DNA from: the human T2T-CHM13v2.0 reference genome, Homo sapiens
Assembly (NCBI GenBank): GCA_009914755.4
Contig: CP086569.2
Coordinates: 21,536,001 to 21,600,000 of the forward strand
Length of the DNA: 64,000 nucleotides
Direction of reading: 5' to 3'
The notes under the pieces are model-generated. The model did no database searches. It saw nothing but the letters and a program-made list of their open reading frames with translations, and was not told the origin of the DNA. Positions 62,494-64,000 of this stretch are shown piece after piece; position 1 is the first letter of the stretch, and each line of letters opens with the position of its first letter. The translations under genes were made by a program, and so were the position numbers.

Positions 62494-64000
62494 GCACACC
62501 CAAGCAAAGCCAGAGGAGAATAAACAGTAAAGAATAAAAACTAGAAGCAAAACTGAGCAGGAAACAAATGCTAAAGATTCCTACTCAATTTATCCTGAAG
62601 ACTACAGTGTTACATAGGACCTCCAAAACCCACTTATTGAATATTTTATTACTGATTCACAATTTAATACTCTTACATTTACCAGTATCATTATACATCC
62701 TATGCAATTGAGAAATTCACTTTAGGCACATGACCAATAAGTACTCTAGCACTATCCTTGCAAAACAGTAAACACAGTGTGAAGCAATGAAAGCATGTAT
62801 ATAAAATTTGGCTCCCCACTAAATCCGGCTTCATGCTAAACTATATTAAAGAAGAATTGCCAAATTGTCAATGCATTTCTTTACAATACATCTTATTTTA
62901 TTTTAATCAAGACCAAGAGCTTTAACTATGAAAATGTTAATTGCCAAATGTCTCTAATTCTCTACAAATTTTAAAGAATATTTTAATATTTAAACTTTCT
63001 CCACATCTTTCTCCCTTACCTAATGATTCCTTACTGCATTGTTTCATAAATAACCTCTTCACATCTGTAATTTAAGCTAACTTTTAGATTACTTCAGAAT
63101 TAACCAAAATTATTTTCTTTTCACTAATAACCTAACCCTTTCTGGCACATTGTATATAGAGGATTACATGTTAACTAGAATTTTTATCCTTAGTAACATA
63201 AAACTTTAGTGAAACCCTAAAAAGCAAGAAATCTTGAACTATCAGATATGGGCATTAATAGATAAGAACAATTCCACAATTTTAGAAATATATTATCTCC
63301 CTATTACAACCTTTTTTTAATGGAAATGCCTCAGATATTAAATGAGCATAAAAATAACTTTGAGATTTTGATTTACAGAAAAAGTTTACCTAAAACAATT
63401 ATCTGATTCACTTGTACTTAATTTTTTCCTTCAACAAGGGAGACATGAGACATTAATCAACATATGTGAAATGAAATTTGTTTGGTCCAGAAAAGTGGAC
63501 AACTCGAAGCAGGAAAGGGGCTTGGGGCTTTCATGGCACAGGTAACAAAGACAAACATAAAATGCAGAGAAAATGTATGCTGACAATTCTGAAGGTGTTT
63601 ATATTTTTATTCCATGAATAATTTTAAAGCTACCTTGTTTAGTAAAGTTATATTTCATGTGAACTTGAAAACTGCTTGGACTTATTTACTAATTTATGAG
63701 AGCTCTTTTACTTATAAAACAATTTGGTAGACACAACACTTAAGAATAAGTGTACATACAAATAAACACATCTAGAAATGTATACACATACATAAAGAGA
63801 TCCAATAGCTTGGAACCTTAGCCAAGCGATAGCAGTACAAGCTTACCAGTTTTACTGTGCCCCAATAGATAATCCAATGAAAGCTGTGAACCAAAATTTC
63901 GGGTAAAACACTCCATAACAATTTGAAACTATTGACCTCAGACAATTGCCTTCAATTTCCAAGGAGCCACAAGGAAACAGCCACTGAAAGACTGAAAAAA

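Overview
This window is primate (almost certainly human) nuclear DNA, not a prokaryotic locus. Alu SINEs occur throughout, which only primates carry. Nearly all of the 64 kb is interspersed repeat.

Main elements, in order:
- 1-3075: a betaretrovirus-like HERV-K (HML-group) pol-env remnant (RT, RNase H, integrase, env N-terminus).
- 3438-9211: a roughly 5.8 kb class I HERV-H/F-like provirus with a tRNA-Phe/His-type primer binding site. It inserted into a pre-existing Alu and carries two Alus of its own.
- 13747-19810: a full-length ~6.06 kb L1PA-like LINE-1 on the + strand, with target site duplications.
- 28709-35277: a second full-length L1PA-like element on the - strand. It carries a nested 548-bp L1 3' fragment flanked by an 11-bp direct repeat.
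- Older L1 (L1M/L1PB-like) fragments on both strands, into which the younger L1s inserted.
- Two 5'-truncated L1PA copies on the + strand (48.5-52.0 kb and 59.2-62.3 kb).
- A class I ERV gag/env/LTR remnant at 20.4-25.7 kb.
- Twelve Alu elements, most with recognisable target site duplications.

Every ORF of note in the six-frame track is transposon-derived (L1 ORF1/ORF2, ERV pol/gag/env) or a chance ORF on the opposite strand of a repeat. I see no intact host protein-coding exon, RNA gene, CRISPR array or operon-like structure.

The points of real interest are the nested transposon insertions, which give a relative chronology, and a few local tandem expansions. I do not find a novel biological system here and consider it better to say so than to invent one. 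All coordinates are read by eye from the sequence, so element ends are good to roughly ±10 bp. Family assignments (L1PA vs L1PB, the specific HML or HERV-H/F subgroup) are approximate.
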